DNA of 63,075 nt, filler included, from Diploschistes diacapsis (GCA_023645945.1; 8 parts of 8 records of this genome joined end to end with filler, not necessarily neighbours in it), one strand, 5' to 3'; shown: positions 24,330-37,508, counted from the first letter of the whole stretch. Notes: generated by a model from the letters alone, not told the origin. Numbers and translations: made by a program.

Positions 24330-24930
24330 CTCACGCCTTTGCAGATCTCGTCGCTTCCGCCTCCCCCGCCGCCCTTTCCTTTGCCTTGGCTCTAGCAGTC
24401 TCTCGGTTCCGTCGCTTGTCTGCCGTGTTGAGACTCGTCTCCCACGGCTGCGACGCGTTCTTTTGCCTCGGTTATCGTGCGCGTCTCGTTGCTGGCGCTG
24501 GTTTATAAACGGAGGAACTGCGTCGTCACCGTTGGAAGAGGAGGAAGCGGATACCCTGGGTGGCAGGCTGGGGAGGCGGAAGTAGGGGATGAAAGGCCAG
24601 AGGAGGGCAGAGGAGGCGGGGGGAAAAGAAAAGAGAAAAGGGAGGCCTGCGTTGGGAGCTACAGGGTGCCGTCGGTGGCGAGTCTATACTGGCCGCTGCC
24701 CTTGCGCAAGCAGATCTCGAAGGGACAGACCTTCTGGTGGACATACGTGGCTTTACGTATCCTTTCGGATTCGCTTAGCTGGCGTGTGTTGAGCGTTTGC
24801 TTACCGTAGTGCTTGCGGGCGAGCCGTTAGCGAAGGATTAGTTCTGCATGTGCTCGCGGGTCTTGAGGATGGTGGAAAAGACCTCGCCGTTGGTGGGGTA
24901 ATGAGATGGGCTTCGGAGAGGGCAGGAAGG
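24330..24930 (-). mobile_element. Degenerate Mutator-like (MULE) transposase relic, FAR1-type N-terminal domain
   Basis: The minus strand reads HYPTNGEVFSTILKTREHMQN*SFANG, then after a frameshift KHYGKQTLNTRQLSESERIRKATYVHQKVCPFEICL. This resembles the fungal MULE N-terminus (P..GE.F......QN.AF..G / HG..T.N.R.L / CPF). Stops are present and no DDE core is visible. Confidence 0.5.
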
Positions 24931-25477
24931 TGAGTTTCACCTTCTGATTCGGAGGGTGGGGAGGTTTGCGGCGGCGGTTTGGATGCCTCCCGGGGCGGCG
25001 AAAATGGTAGGGAGACCGAGGAGGAGCAGGGGAAGGCGGCTAGGGTGGTATAGGGATTGAATGGTGGGATATGACTGTTTTTGGGGCGCTATATTGGGGC
25101 GCAGAGGGCTTTAAGCCTTAATCTAATCAGTTTTGATCTTTTACAGCATATTTTCTATATAGTTATCTAGGCTGATTCAATCCACATCTGCTTTTAAATC
25201 AACTTTTTATAATCTACGTGAATGTATGGGAGATAGGTACGCTTCTGACGCAGTGTGGCTCGTTTATTAACTGCATATAAATAACTATGGGAGCTAGATA
25301 TGACCTAAACGGCTTGGCAGGCACACTATACGTCGTGCTCCTTAGACAAACGGTGGGAGCTCTTGCGAACTTAAATTTACCCAGCGTATTGTCGCCGTGG
25401 TTAGGACTATCAGATTCCACCCCACCACCCACCTCACGAGATATTTTCGAAGCGACCAGCCTTCTGTTAGAGCCATC

Positions 25478-28156
25478 ATGGCGATCCAAAAAAGGGTAGG
25501 CACCACTTCTATACTGCAATAGGAAGGCTAAGAATTGCAGCACGGTAAAGGAAGACTTGATAAGTTTTATCACCTCGCTCGTGAGAAAGGGTTTCGGTCG
25601 CGAGCTGCTTTCAAACTGATACAACTCAATCGGCGGTATGGATTCCTTGAAAAGAGCAAAGTCTGCCTCGATCTTTGCGCGGCGCCTGGGTCGTGGTCCC
25701 AGGTCGCCGCCGAGACGATGCCCCAAAACGGCTTGATTGTTGCCGTGGACCTTGCTCCCATTCGGCCGATCCCTCGAGTCATAAGCTTCCAATCTGATAT
25801 TATGACTGACAAATGCCGCTCGACAATTCGAGGTCACCTGAAAACATTCAAATGTGATGTGCTGCTGCACGATGGAGCACCAAATGTTGGCACAGCGTAC
25901 GTTGAAGGCTTGTATCTTTGGGGGTAGGAATTGATCGACTTGGCAGATGGACACAAGATGCTTTTGAACAGAATACTCTTACACTTCAGGCGATGAAGCT
26001 CGCCACGGAATTTCTAGGGCCAGGAGGGACATTCGTCACCAAAGTTTTCCGATCGAAAGATTACAATTCTTTGCTTTGGGTCTTCAACCAGCTCTTTGAC
26101 AAGGTAGAAGCCACGAAGCCGCCAGCCTCTAGAAGTATCAGCGCTGAAATGTGAGCGTCAATTGTTGCTTAGTTTTAAAATAGCTAGGAAATGCTAACGC
26201 CAATCCCTCAGATTTGTCGTGTGTAGAGGATTCAAATCTCTTCAGAAAATAGATCCTCGATTCCTAGATCCTCGCGCCGTTTTTGCTGAACTTGCAGCAC
26301 CTACCCCTAACAACGAAGCCAAAGTGTTTAATCCGGAGAAAAAAAAGAGGCGGCGTGAGGGCTACGACGATGGTGACTACACCCAATTCAAAGAAGCTCC
26401 CGCCAGCGATTTCATCCATACTTCGGATCCGATAGCTGTACTTGGATCCCTAAATAAGCTCACATTTGAACAGATGAACAACGGCAATATCGCCCTTGCA
26501 GCGCTTGATAGGCTTCCACAAACGACTGAAGAAATCAGGAATTGCTGTAATGACCTTAAAGTACTTGGACGGAAAGAGTTTCGGCTGTTACTCCGTTGGA
26601 GACTCAAAGTTCGTGAGATATTTGGTCTTGCTTCCAAGAAGAAATCAACAGAGAATGAAGCACAGGAAGTGGTCGAAGTGGTACCTATGGACGAAGATCT
26701 TCAGATGGAGGAGGAAATTCAATCCTTAAACGAAAAAGAGGCTGCTAAGAAGAGGAGAGAGCGGCGAAAAGAAAACGAGAGAAAACAGAAGGAAATTGTA
26801 AGATTGCAGATGGGTATGCAGGCTCCTACCGATATAGGTCTCGAACAGCTTGGCCTCGAGGGACGAGATTCTATATTCTCTCTTGTTACTATGAGCCAAG
26901 CAAAGAATGCACCTGCCCAGGCTAATCATGAGAGGTCCCTGGGACAGTCCGAGCTAGAAGAGTCTTCAAGTTCAGATGAAGAGTATGAAAGTGAAGACGA
27001 TGCAGATAACCTGGACAGGGAGCTGGATGTTCTCTACGAAGAATACAACGAGAGAAAGAGTCAAGCTGATGCAAAGTTTCGAGCAAAACGGGCCCGCCAG
27101 GAACATGATGATGATGCATGGTCTGGATTTACGTCAGAGCAAGAAGATGCAAGCGATAGTGGTAGCCAGGATGAAACGGAAACTGGTGACTCGGAAGACG
27201 AAGTTTTGCACTTACGAGAGTTACCGAACTCAGTTGACAGTTCTGGACTTACTCGGAGAGCGTCCTCATTCTTCGATAAAGACATCTTCAAGAACATTGA
27301 GGGATTAGAAGAAAGATCGGATATAATTGTTCAGATTCCCTTACCTGTGGTCTCAGCTTCAACTCCACAGAATAGCAATAGTTCCACCTTGAAGAAATTG
27401 GAACGAAAGGAAAAAATAGAAAAAACCACCAATGAAAGTACTTCCCGTTCGGTGCGTAAGGAGGCTGCCTATCATAAATCCGATGACGAACTACCGAGCA
27501 GTAACGATTATGAGGATACAAACAAGCGGTCTGATCTAAGGCCTGATGGACGTCTTAGTTAGTCTACGAATCTCTAATAGTACTAAAATAGCTAACAGCT
27601 CACAGACATCGACATAATCACAGCCGAGGCGATGACACTTGCCCATCAACTTGCATCTGGGCAGAAAAGGAAAGAGGAGGTCATCGATGATGGATTCAAT
27701 AGATATACCTTCCGGGACACCGACGGCCTTCCTGACTGGTTCCTTGACGACGAAAGCAAACATAGTAAGCCTAACAAGCCAATAACTGCCGCTGCTGCAG
27801 CTGCCATTAAGGAAAAATTACGTGCGATGAATGCTCGACCGGTGAAGAAGGTTCGAGAGGCAAAAGATCGAAAAAAGATGAGAGCAGCGAGGCGATTGGA
27901 GAAACTCCGAAAGAAATCTGCTGTCCTTGCGGATGAAGATGCAATGACCGAGAGAGATAAAGCGCAAAGTATTGCCAAATTAATGAATCGTGCTACAAAG
28001 AAGAAGCCCAGGCAGTCAATCAAGCTTGTCGTTGCAAGGGGTGGTAACAAGGGAATTTCTGGCCGACCTCGGGGTGTCAAAGGTAAATACAAGATCGTTG
28101 ATGCAAGACTGAAGAAGGATGTACGGGGTGCAAAAAGGGCAGCCAAGCGACGCTGA
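25478..28156 (+). CDS. SPB1: 27S pre-rRNA 2'-O-methyltransferase Spb1
   Basis: [66 protein letters not shown]-terminal [14 protein letters not shown]. Introns 25496-25540, 25897-25946, 26151-26211 and 27558-27605. Confidence 0.97.
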
Positions 28157-29277
28157 TGAGTATATTTACTAGACATCTATCGAGTTACTTTGTTGTGCAA
28201 GGTACTTGAATGGTTATCATATGTATGTTCTCCAGTGGTAGCATCTTTATCAGAGACCACTTTATCTATCATGTCTTGGAAGCAGCCGGCTCTCACCTTG
28301 TCTCGAATGTTTGAATAGGCCTGGGCACTTTTCGGGTTGATGGTTAATCCATTTCAGCCATATCAAATACGTGAATGTCAGGCGTGATCCGAAGATTGGA
28401 GCAATAAAACAGCAATTCAGAGTCCCGAGCGTCAACCATCCTTAGGATACTGATAGCTACGAGCCTGAAACGGGAACGATTCCACCATTTTCTTGTCCTG
28501 TCTGAAGGCCAAATTCTTTCCAAGCAAGTACAACGAAAGTGGATGAAAAATACAATGAAATTTCTAAATACTTCTCAATCTGGCCAATCCAAAGCTATGT
28601 GGGGTGTATGAGAGAACGGGTCGGAGCGAGCGCTAGTACAAGTCATTTTCGTTGTTCCATAACCGATGGCAGCCCAAATTGGAGGTGCAATGGAAGCATC
28701 TCACTTACCATCCGCTCGATGGTCGGCGTTGACACATCCTCTCACCCGAAGTCACGGGGCAAGTCCTAGGTGAAGCTAGGCCGAGTGCACTGTGAAGGAA
28801 ACAGAGCCTGGATATGGCTTTGAGTACGGTCCGTTTGTTAGCACGTTGGTAGGAAATAAGCCTGCATTATTGCCAGGTAATAAGTAGGAGCTTTATGGCC
28901 AATTTGCGCACCTTATGGGAGGTTTGTTACCAATCGAACCGCTGTAAGAGTTGGCAAAGCAGTATGCTAGATGGGCTTCCAAACTCTTGAAGATTGCGAG
29001 TCCTCTTTAGGCTTCGTCCTTATCAATAGGTATTGGGGAATTCCTAACAAACTATTTAGACATAGGAGTCGAAAGCTCTGCATGTTTAGAAGGAGATCAC
29101 GTTCAAACTTCATTCGTCGCTTCCCGCATGCTATCGTACACATTAATCCTCAGAGTTTGCTTGGAGATCGACCAGACATTTGTAACCTGTGCTAACGCCG
29201 TCAGTCGTGCATTCCTCCGTGTTGCTCGCATCATCCATAGTAAGCCTTTTGAAACAAGCCAACGTTGCGGCCATTTC

Positions 29278-31251
29278 CTAGAGGTCTCCACCGACATCCA
29301 TGCCCTCTTCATTCTCGTCATCTTCCTCTTCGGCTTCCTGATCCTCATCCGCAAAGATTTTCTCCATCCTGGCCGCCTTCAGACGCGCCACCATCTCCTC
29401 CCGTCTTGTGTCTTGCCATCTCTGCAGAGCCGCGGCCGCGTGCACTTTGAAGCCGAAAATCTTGAGTTCGTACCTTGCCGTGCTTTTCTCGGGCACCAAG
29501 GCGGGATACACCTGGAAGAGGATGTTGGGGAAAGAAGTTCCGAAGTAGGCACCGTCGACGGTAGCATGTTTGGAGGACTTGGGGCTGTAGACGTCCTCGC
29601 ATTTGGGACAGAAGAGTTTGACATGCTGCACCCCGGCGACGTCGGAAAGACCGGTAGGGAGAAGATGAGTGGTGGAGCAATGGACGCGAGGGCATTTGCC
29701 GAATTCGCCTTTCTTGTACTTGTCCAGCTAAGAAGTGAGGTAAGTTAGCCATTGAATGGTTTGATGTCTAGACGAGGGAGGGGCATATTCTTAGCAGCCT
29801 TACCATCTTCGAAAGGCCGCGAGTGGTGGTTATGTAACGTGCGTGAACGAGACCGTAGAGATGGCGGGCGGATTTCTCGATCTGCTCTCGCATCTCATCA
29901 TCGCAGTCGACGTCAAAGACATCCGTAACAAGATCGAGAGCGTACTGATAGTATTGAACTTCGGCGTTGAGGCCCGTGAGGTTGAAACGGTCGGTCAGAT
30001 ACTCTTCATCAATCTCACAAAAGTACTCGTTCCCACGTGAAGAGATGAACTGTGCACGCTGTTAGCCATTGGACTGGACAAAACGTTGTTCTATGAAATG
30101 CAGATAGACAAAAGGTAAATGTAACCGTGGCTCGATCATGGATGCCTGCCAGTAGATTGGGTCCGAGCTCTGCGTACATTATCTGACCACGGCATTTCCT
30201 TGACGTCGAACTGAGCAGTGATTTTGAGAATGCCTTTCTCAACATTGCGGTACGTAAACTTTAGTTTACGCGCCATACTATCGACCAATGCATCAACTTC
30301 AGCCCAAACAAGTTCGTAAAGTATCTCGCGAGAATTTCTGTCCCCCCACGGCCAGTATTTTGATCGGACTTCATGAAGGTATTCGCCTCCTTCACCGTTG
30401 TGTGAAGGTCTACAGAGGAATTTCTCTTGGGCCAGCTTGGTTTTCTTGATGACGAGAGCAAAAAATCTATTGCGTGATTCATTGTCTGCCCAGGCCTTGA
30501 ATCTCCCCAAAGCCTCTATCATTTTTCTCGAATCATTAAGGGAAGATGAAGGAGCCAGATTCCCATCCTCCTCGGCGTTCCAATTTTTAACGGGAACGAT
30601 TGGATGAGTCAAATTCACATCCACTTCGGTGTCATTGGGAGAAGATGAAGGAGCCCCATTGTCATCCACCTTGGTGTCAGTACGGGGATTTCTTGCCTGA
30701 TATTGCTGGAGTGCCATGTCTTCTTCGGGATACGCGGCTTTCTTGAGGCCTTCTGTGTCTTCAGACCCCAAGATCTCCCGAGCTTGGATGTCCATGTCTA
30801 CGTCCATGATGACAGTACTCTCGTTGCTAGCCGACTGCATTCCTAGAGTAGCGAGTGATCCAGATCGTAGCGTATAGTATAGAAGTACGACCACCGCGAA
30901 TAAATGATGGGGTTCCTGATGAGATGAGACCAATGCTCTTCTCAAAAAGCTGAGAAAGTAGTGCCTAATAGTCCGACGAGTGTTCAAGGTTCGCTCTCAA
31001 GTACGCTTGTTATTATTCCCACTCCATCAGCAGGCAGCGCTGTTGGTCAAAACTTTTCTCTCGGTCTGTTGCATCAACGTGCCAGATGATCCTGAGTCCT
31101 TGGGTCCAGCGGCGGCAGCAGTAAAAACGATAACAAGGCGCAGTAAGACCCGGCCAAACTTTTCATGATAACGACATATAGGAAAGACACTTACCCAGTC
31201 ACGCCAGTAGCTCGTGTAATCTGATTCCGTCTCACTGCCAAACTCATCCAT
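29278..31251 (-). CDS. CKB2: Casein kinase II regulatory subunit beta-2, with an unusually long first intron
   Basis: Exon 1 MDEFGSETESDYTSYWRDW (31251-31195); exon 2 FISSRGNEYFCEIDEEYLTDRFNLTGL..LYGLVHARYI (30049-29804); exon 3 FGKCPRVHC..VKLFCPKCEDVYSPKS..VDGAYFGTSF..KIFGFKV (29727-29278). Confidence 0.95.
30136..30840 (-). CDS. Hypothetical 234-aa protein nested in CKB2 intron 1
   Basis: Stop-free frame of ~860 nt (ATG at 30840) lying wholly inside the 1145-nt intron. Acidic disordered N-half with a repeated GxxxPSSSxND motif and an aromatic-rich, globular-looking C-half. No family recognised. Confidence 0.55.
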   Translation of the reverse strand: MQSASNESTVIMDVDMDIQAREILGSEDTEGLKKAAYPEEDMALQQYQARNPRTDTKVDDNGAPSSSPNDTEVDVNLTHPIVPVKNWNAEEDGNLAPSSSLNDSRKMIEALGRFKAWADNESRNRFFALVIKKTKLAQEKFLCRPSHNGEGGEYLHEVRSKYWPWGDRNSREILYELVWAEVDALVDSMARKLKFTYRNVEKGILKITAQFDVKEMPWSDNVRRARTQSTGRHP

Positions 31252-31568
31252 TTTAGATATGCCGGGTAAACTAGCAGCTTCCAAGATAGAAATGAATAAG
31301 GCTCGGCAACCAGAGTGTAATGTATAGATCTGGCATACCAAGCCTTTACTCAGGATATCTAAGTCCTCACACTTTGATAACTCAGAAGAAATGCCAAGAT
31401 CTGAGAAGTTCAGGGGAATTCACGTGATAGTCACCTCAGCATCCATCTAACCATAAAAAGCTAGCCTGCTTGTGGAACAATGAGTATTCCATCATCGTCT
31501 TGTTACATTTGCCACTAGATACCTTGATTTAACACCAACCTATCTCGAAAATTGCGTGTTCATCCATC

Positions 31569-33027
31569 ATGGCTCCTTCGAGCGGCCACATACTGGTCCC
31601 GAAGGCCGTGAAGGCTTTCAGGTAAGTACGCTGATCGGATCCTAGAATAGTAGCTGACAAGTTCAAGATATGCAGTATCCAAGGGCGCTGCCTTCATCAG
31701 ATCTCGCCTGCAGCATGATGCCTCGAAACCCATGCTCGAGGCTATACCAGCTCGTATCAACAAGCAACCACTTCATCCTCTCGCAGCTCTCCGACAGGCT
31801 CGTTCGCAGCAAAGGGGTTTCAGCACTGCCGCTCGACGTATCGTTTCAAGCGCGGTAGGCTCAGCAAGAGTCGTCAGACCAGCCCCCGCAACTTCAGTGC
31901 GGGCAGTACTCTCGCGGACAACCCTCGCACCTTTCTCTTCTCCTTTACGCCCTAACCTGACTGGTGGAGCCCTTCCTCGAGCCTCGGGAGGCTACTCCCT
32001 CGGCGGCGGCGTGCGCCACTTCTCCCACACCCCGGCAGCCCAGGCCCAAGTCCTGCACAACGTCTCTGCCGGCGTACGCGCATTCTTCGTCAACGGTTTT
32101 AAGGCTGAATACGATGGGACTGACCCTCACACTGGAAACAAGCGCTTCCGTGCCGTGACCAACACCCAACAGAAAGCACTCTCCAGCTTTCGCACCACCA
32201 AGCCCAATAGCAAAGGCACCACCCTCGAATTCTGCATTGCCCCTAGCATAAGCTCAGTCTCACTGCTCGACACGGCAGAGAACACCATCGACTCCGCCTC
32301 CGTCCTCACCGGCCTCGCCTCAGACTTCTCCCGATCCCTCGCCTCCCTCGCCCTCGTCCACACAGACCTTAAGCGTCTTTCAGCCCTCGGCTCCCTACCA
32401 ATCTCGCAGCCCAACCCACATACCCTCCAAGTCCGTTTCCCAGGCTGCGACGGCAAAACAGTCAACACCCTCTGCGACGAACTGGGCATCCAGCGTGGCA
32501 TCATCAAAGAAGATCCAGCATGGGACACCGAGGAAGGGGACCGGGACGTTGGGATGGCGCTGCTCTTCCCCTGGGCACCCTCAAAGCCGGCGTCGGAGTT
32601 CTCGGAAGATGTGACAGATATGGCAGACACATCTTTCTCGCGGCCCGACCCAGTGGGAACGAGGACCCTCGGCCGAACTGATAGCCTTGAGTGGCACAGT
32701 ATGCTCTCGCCCTCTCCGCCATTTGCGTCCTTTGCTCCGGTAGAAAAGAGCCTGGATAGCTTCTCGATCCTTGCTCCCTCGCACGAGAATCCATGGGCCG
32801 AGCACAGCACGAGCGCGAGCGCGAGCTTCGACGGCCTAAGGGAGAGCGATCTTGAGTCCAACGACGAATACGCTGTTGGGGGGCTGGAGCTTACGAGGAC
32901 GGAGACGGTGCGGCAAACCCAGACGCAGGCGGAGCTGGAGCAAAGATTGCCGCAGAGTTTTGCGGACTATGAGGGGACGGAGGGAATCCTGAGGTTTTTG
33001 GAAGCCTGTGATGGTGCACGGAGATGA
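31569..33027 (+). CDS. Fungal hypothetical protein divergent from CKB2
   Basis: Exon 1 MAPSSGHILVPKAVKAFR, intron 31622-31675, then a long exon with GGALPRASGGYSLGGGVRHFSH, QVRFPGCD, ELGIQRGII and DYEGTEGILRFLE. Arg/Ser-rich N-terminus. No CK2-beta motifs. Confidence 0.8.
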
Positions 33028-33484
33028 AGTCTTTCGACGCGTGAAGCTGCAATTGTTTGTCAAGGGGAGGGTATGACCTTTCTTCGGTTGAAATTGCAGG
33101 TAATTTTGCGGGTATGGTTATGAGCTTTCCTTTGTCTAATCTATGCAGCCGAGCCTGCTTGCTGCAGGGAATCCATCTGCCACGAAGAGATGTGACGATC
33201 CTCGTTGTCTGGCTAGCTGACATATTATTGCCGCGTGTTTTGTTTGCCTATTTCGGCAGTTGCGACTTTTCACGCAACTTCAAGTAATCAGAACCGGACC
33301 AATGGATACTTGAAGAGTTCTCCGTTGTCGGGGCTCCGCTAAGTATGTAAAGATAACAATCTAGAATTACATTCACTATCCAACCTTGCTACATTCTTTC
33401 TTCCTGTACAACCGCAAATCGCGGTCGACTACTCACTTACAAGCCTGTACCTGTAGACGCATACTCTCACCACCCAAACAACCA

Positions 33485-35424
33485 CTACCTAAGCTCCTCC
33501 CTCATTTCCACCTTCCCCTTCCCATCCCCAGCCTCAGTCCCTAAACCACCTCCCTTCCCATCCACCACCCCATCCTCCGGCGCAATCCCAACAACCTCTC
33601 CATTGCTCAGCGCCGCCACATCGATCTTCGGGCCCGTAAAATTCTTCCTTCCATCCACCCACCACTGGATAGTACTTATCGCCAAAATAATGCCAAAGGC
33701 CACGATACAATAATTCATATTATTCCCCGTCACCGGCAGCGCGGGCGGGAACAGGAACAGCACCGTGGTAATCAGCACGTACACGATGCCGACTAGATTC
33801 ACGATCCAGCCGATCAGCGGCGGGAGCTTGAACCAACGGGTTTCGGGGAGTTTGTTGCGGCCGCGCAGACAGTGGATTGCGGGGGGGATGGCGTAGGAGA
33901 GGCCGAGGGCGACGACGGAGGCGGAGACGATGGCGTTGAAGGCGGAGGAGGAGCCGAGGAAGATGCAGCCGAAGATTATCACGAGGGCGGTGGTCAGGTA
34001 GAGGGCGTTGAGGGGGAGGTCGAGGCGCGGGTGCACGCGCGAGAAGACCCGAGAGAAGGGGAGACCGCCGTCGCTAAGTTGTTGTGTTAGCCGTTTGGCC
34101 TGTACATGCGTATAGGTTGGGCATAATGGAATGGGCGTAGGAGGAACTAACCGAGCGAAGGCGTAGGTCATGCGAGAGCTGGTGGTCATAATCGTGGTTG
34201 TGGCAAAGAGCAGGCAGATTAGGGGAAACCTTAGACTAGTCAGCATAAGGTGATGTAGAGTGCTTCGGGTCCTTGCATTAGTAGGCACACAGCTCCAGCC
34301 TTGTTGTTCGTTGCGTTGTAGAAGATTTGCAGGACGGGCCCGGCGGTCGAGTAGACGACCTCGTTAACTGACCCGGCAACAAGGAGAAGAACAGCAAGAA
34401 AGATGAAGCCCGTGAAGAGACCCACGAGGACGGTGTATGCCATAATCTTTGGGCCCTCTCTTGACGGGTTGGGGATCTCTTCAATCATCTAGTGGCACGT
34501 GTAAGCGCTTCCACGGAGAAACATCTGTTCGTTGAGCCTACATGTGCCACGGCGTCGTAACCAATCAGACCCAAACCACCCTGAAGGAGCCCTAGTAGCC
34601 AAGCAACACCGTCAGGCCAGCCAGTCGTGTTCAAGAACAAGCGGAAGACGAAGTCACCATTATTGTAGTTGGGTGAGGCGCAAGCAAGTAGAGCAATGCA
34701 GATGATGGCGAAGCCTGAGATTGACCAAATAAAGGCGGCCTTTGTAATATGTGGCAGAAAATCCGTGGCGAAAGCATTGATGATAAAAGCAATAACGTTG
34801 TAGAAGATATAAATCAGGAACTGATGCCATGGCTCTGCGACATAATCCTGGAGTACTCTGATCAGACCGCCTGACTTTTTAGACATGGAAGCCTTACCGG
34901 GTGGAATAGCGAAATACAGCCAACGACCAGCTGACTACCGAGGAGACCCCCAGTAGCTACAAGGGCAATCCATCCCGCAACATTGATCCACCCTGTGATC
35001 CAGGAAAGCAGAGGCACAGAACGCTTCCATGCTATCATGGCCACGAAGTGGTATTGACCGCCGGCTAAAGCTCCTCAGTACAGAATACCTAATGGACCTG
35101 TCCGTTTAACCCACCTGTTGGATACGCGGACAGCATCTCAGCGAGCGATAAAGCTAGGCATTCGTTGCATATTCCTGCTGTCACTAGGCCCCAGATCACG
35201 GAGGCAGATCCACCGCTTGGCAAAGCAAGAGACAGAGATGCTGATAAAGCGGTCCAGCTATTCAAGATGGCGAATGCCAGACCGAGCATGCTCCTGCTCG
35301 TATATTAGGCGGTTGTCTTCAAAACGAAGATTGGTTGAACTTACACGCTGCTGAAATTCCTTTTAAGTTCAGACTTGTGGCCCATGGACGCAAGCTGCGC
35401 AGAATCATCGCCATTGCCCGACAT
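33485..35424 (-). CDS. APC-superfamily amino acid/choline/GABA permease (Hnm1/Uga4-like)
   Basis: LASMGHKSELKRNFS, LGLAFAILNSW, LAEMLSAYPTAGGQYH, SWITGWIN, GYDAVAHMIEEIP, SSRMTYAFA.DGGLPFS, MNYCIV. Multi-exon, including one GC-AG intron. Confidence 0.92.
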
Positions 35425-37508
35425 CGTGAAAATGAATCCAAAGGAATTTGGCCTAGTTGAGAAATATATGCTTCAATCTGTGTTCGAACTCTATACAACT
35501 AGGCCGCGCATGAAGAGAACGGGTTCCACCGAAGGCCGCGTCTCTCCGAATTGATCTCGTCTTTTCAGGGCCGGAGAGGGCTGGTATAAGCAGGTGCTGA
35601 TAGCATGTGCTGATAGCCACAGACATCGAGACAACAGAGCGCGATGTTATAACTTATTTACCTTGGGCGAAGGAGCTAGCGGGAGCGCCGTACATAGCGG
35701 AAAGCCCATTTGGTGCCCGTTTATTTTCGAGGTTGGTTGTAGCAGTTTGTACGGACGCGGCTGGTAAAAGGCACGTGGCGGTACTGGGATTTTGCCGATT
35801 CACCGGTTGTTCAGCCTTATCGCTCTCTCTATCTTCTCTCCTCTGCCTCGATTTCCACGCAATCATTTCATTTTCATTTCCGCACGCCAATCCAGCTTGG
35901 GGATCTTTTTGCACACTATCAGTGTGGACGCTCGTTACTCCGGAAAGGAAGCTTGACCTATGTACCGCAACGGCCTATTTGGAGATACATGATGACAACT
36001 CAAAACTTAGCAGCTCTGGACATGAGTGAATAAAGCCCAAATGCCATAGAATAATAGTGGTTCGAGGGCAGGAGAAAGCTTCCACTCAATGCTTCAACAA
36101 ACCCTTCTTCATGGAGCTGATGCTTGAATTCACATTACACTCATCTTCCAGACTCACTAACTGGCTCAGCCTCAGGCTTTTGCGCATGACCAGACTCAAT
36201 TACTGTACTGAGATCATCCGGTTCTACTCTTGAGTACCAGATGCGACGACGGGCCCCCAGAAGCTACTGTTGGCATCATCAGGATTCCAATCTACAAGTC
36301 CGGCTGGATCAATGGCGCGTGTTATCCAATTTCACCTGTCCAGGTTGGCAGGTGAAGCAAGTACCAAAGACCTGTGATGGTTAAGATGTTAGTTTTTTAC
36401 GCTTCATTCAAGATTGACCCAATTTACCTGGCCAAACGCCCTGCCCAATTGGCACGAGCCTCCCGGCCCGTTGGGGTCATTTGGACCGATAAAGTATATT
36501 GTCAGTTTTGTACCACAGCGAGAATTTCCGTTTCCATCGACCATGGAGTCCTTGGTTCAATGAAAGAGACCAAACCCTGTGGGATCCTTAGGAGAGGCAG
36601 TTCCGCAATCGCCACCGTTCTACACATTAGGAGATTGGCAGTCGAGTTAGATGAGAGAAGATTGACTTACGTGTAGCGACAGCTGATGCTCACTCACCAT
36701 GCCAGGAGCTCCGTTGCTAACTTACTGAGTATCGCGGCGCAGTAGAGTTGCCATCTCAGTCGAGTTCTGTGGAACGCAGGGCACCGTAGCAAAGGGTTAG
36801 GCAACGGCAATAGCTATGAGGGAAAAGGCGGAGACAAACACCTTGAGTTTCATTTTGTCTAATAGACGAAAGATGCGAGAATACAACGAATGAAATTACA
36901 GAGCAACAAGCAATGGAGGCATATGCTCCTGAGCACAGGCCCAAGAAATAAATGCCGGTACAATGGAGGGAGGCTGATGCACAATTGCAAGTCACGGTCT
37001 GAGGAAAGGCCTGGAAACCCGAGTGTATAACGAAGTTGAATTATAGGTATATATAGATGACATGTCCTGGCCCAGAAATAGATACCTCAACATAAGAAGC
37101 CCACTTGGCTATATTAGCCTATACTATTCATGGATTTGAAGATGTCTTTTTAGACACAGCGGTACAGCCAGACCCATCCATAGAGACTCTAACCTTCTCG
37201 GCTGGATTGGCCTGAAGTACTGATAGTAAATGCGGATAGAAACTTTCCATACCTAATCGTGATATTCGCCAATCAAAGCTATAGAGGCACCAAATGGTAA
37301 TCAAGAAGGATAGAGATGCTACTAACCAAGTCTAGTCAGTACTTCACCCTTGTAAAAGCCTCGGGCCTCTCTGGGACGTTAGAGAATGACAGTGTGCCAT
37401 GTCTCTAATATCGTCTCATCGTCTACGTTGCTTCGATCGTACCTTTTAAGTAGGTAAACATTATCGAGAAGCCAGAGTGCTCGACCAGAAGTCATCCGCA
37501 CCATTTTA

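Noticed and set aside
24100..25200. Possible telomerase RNA or other long ncRNA between CUS2 and SPB1
   Set aside because: No TAACCCTAA-type template seen; a transposase relic explains the region better
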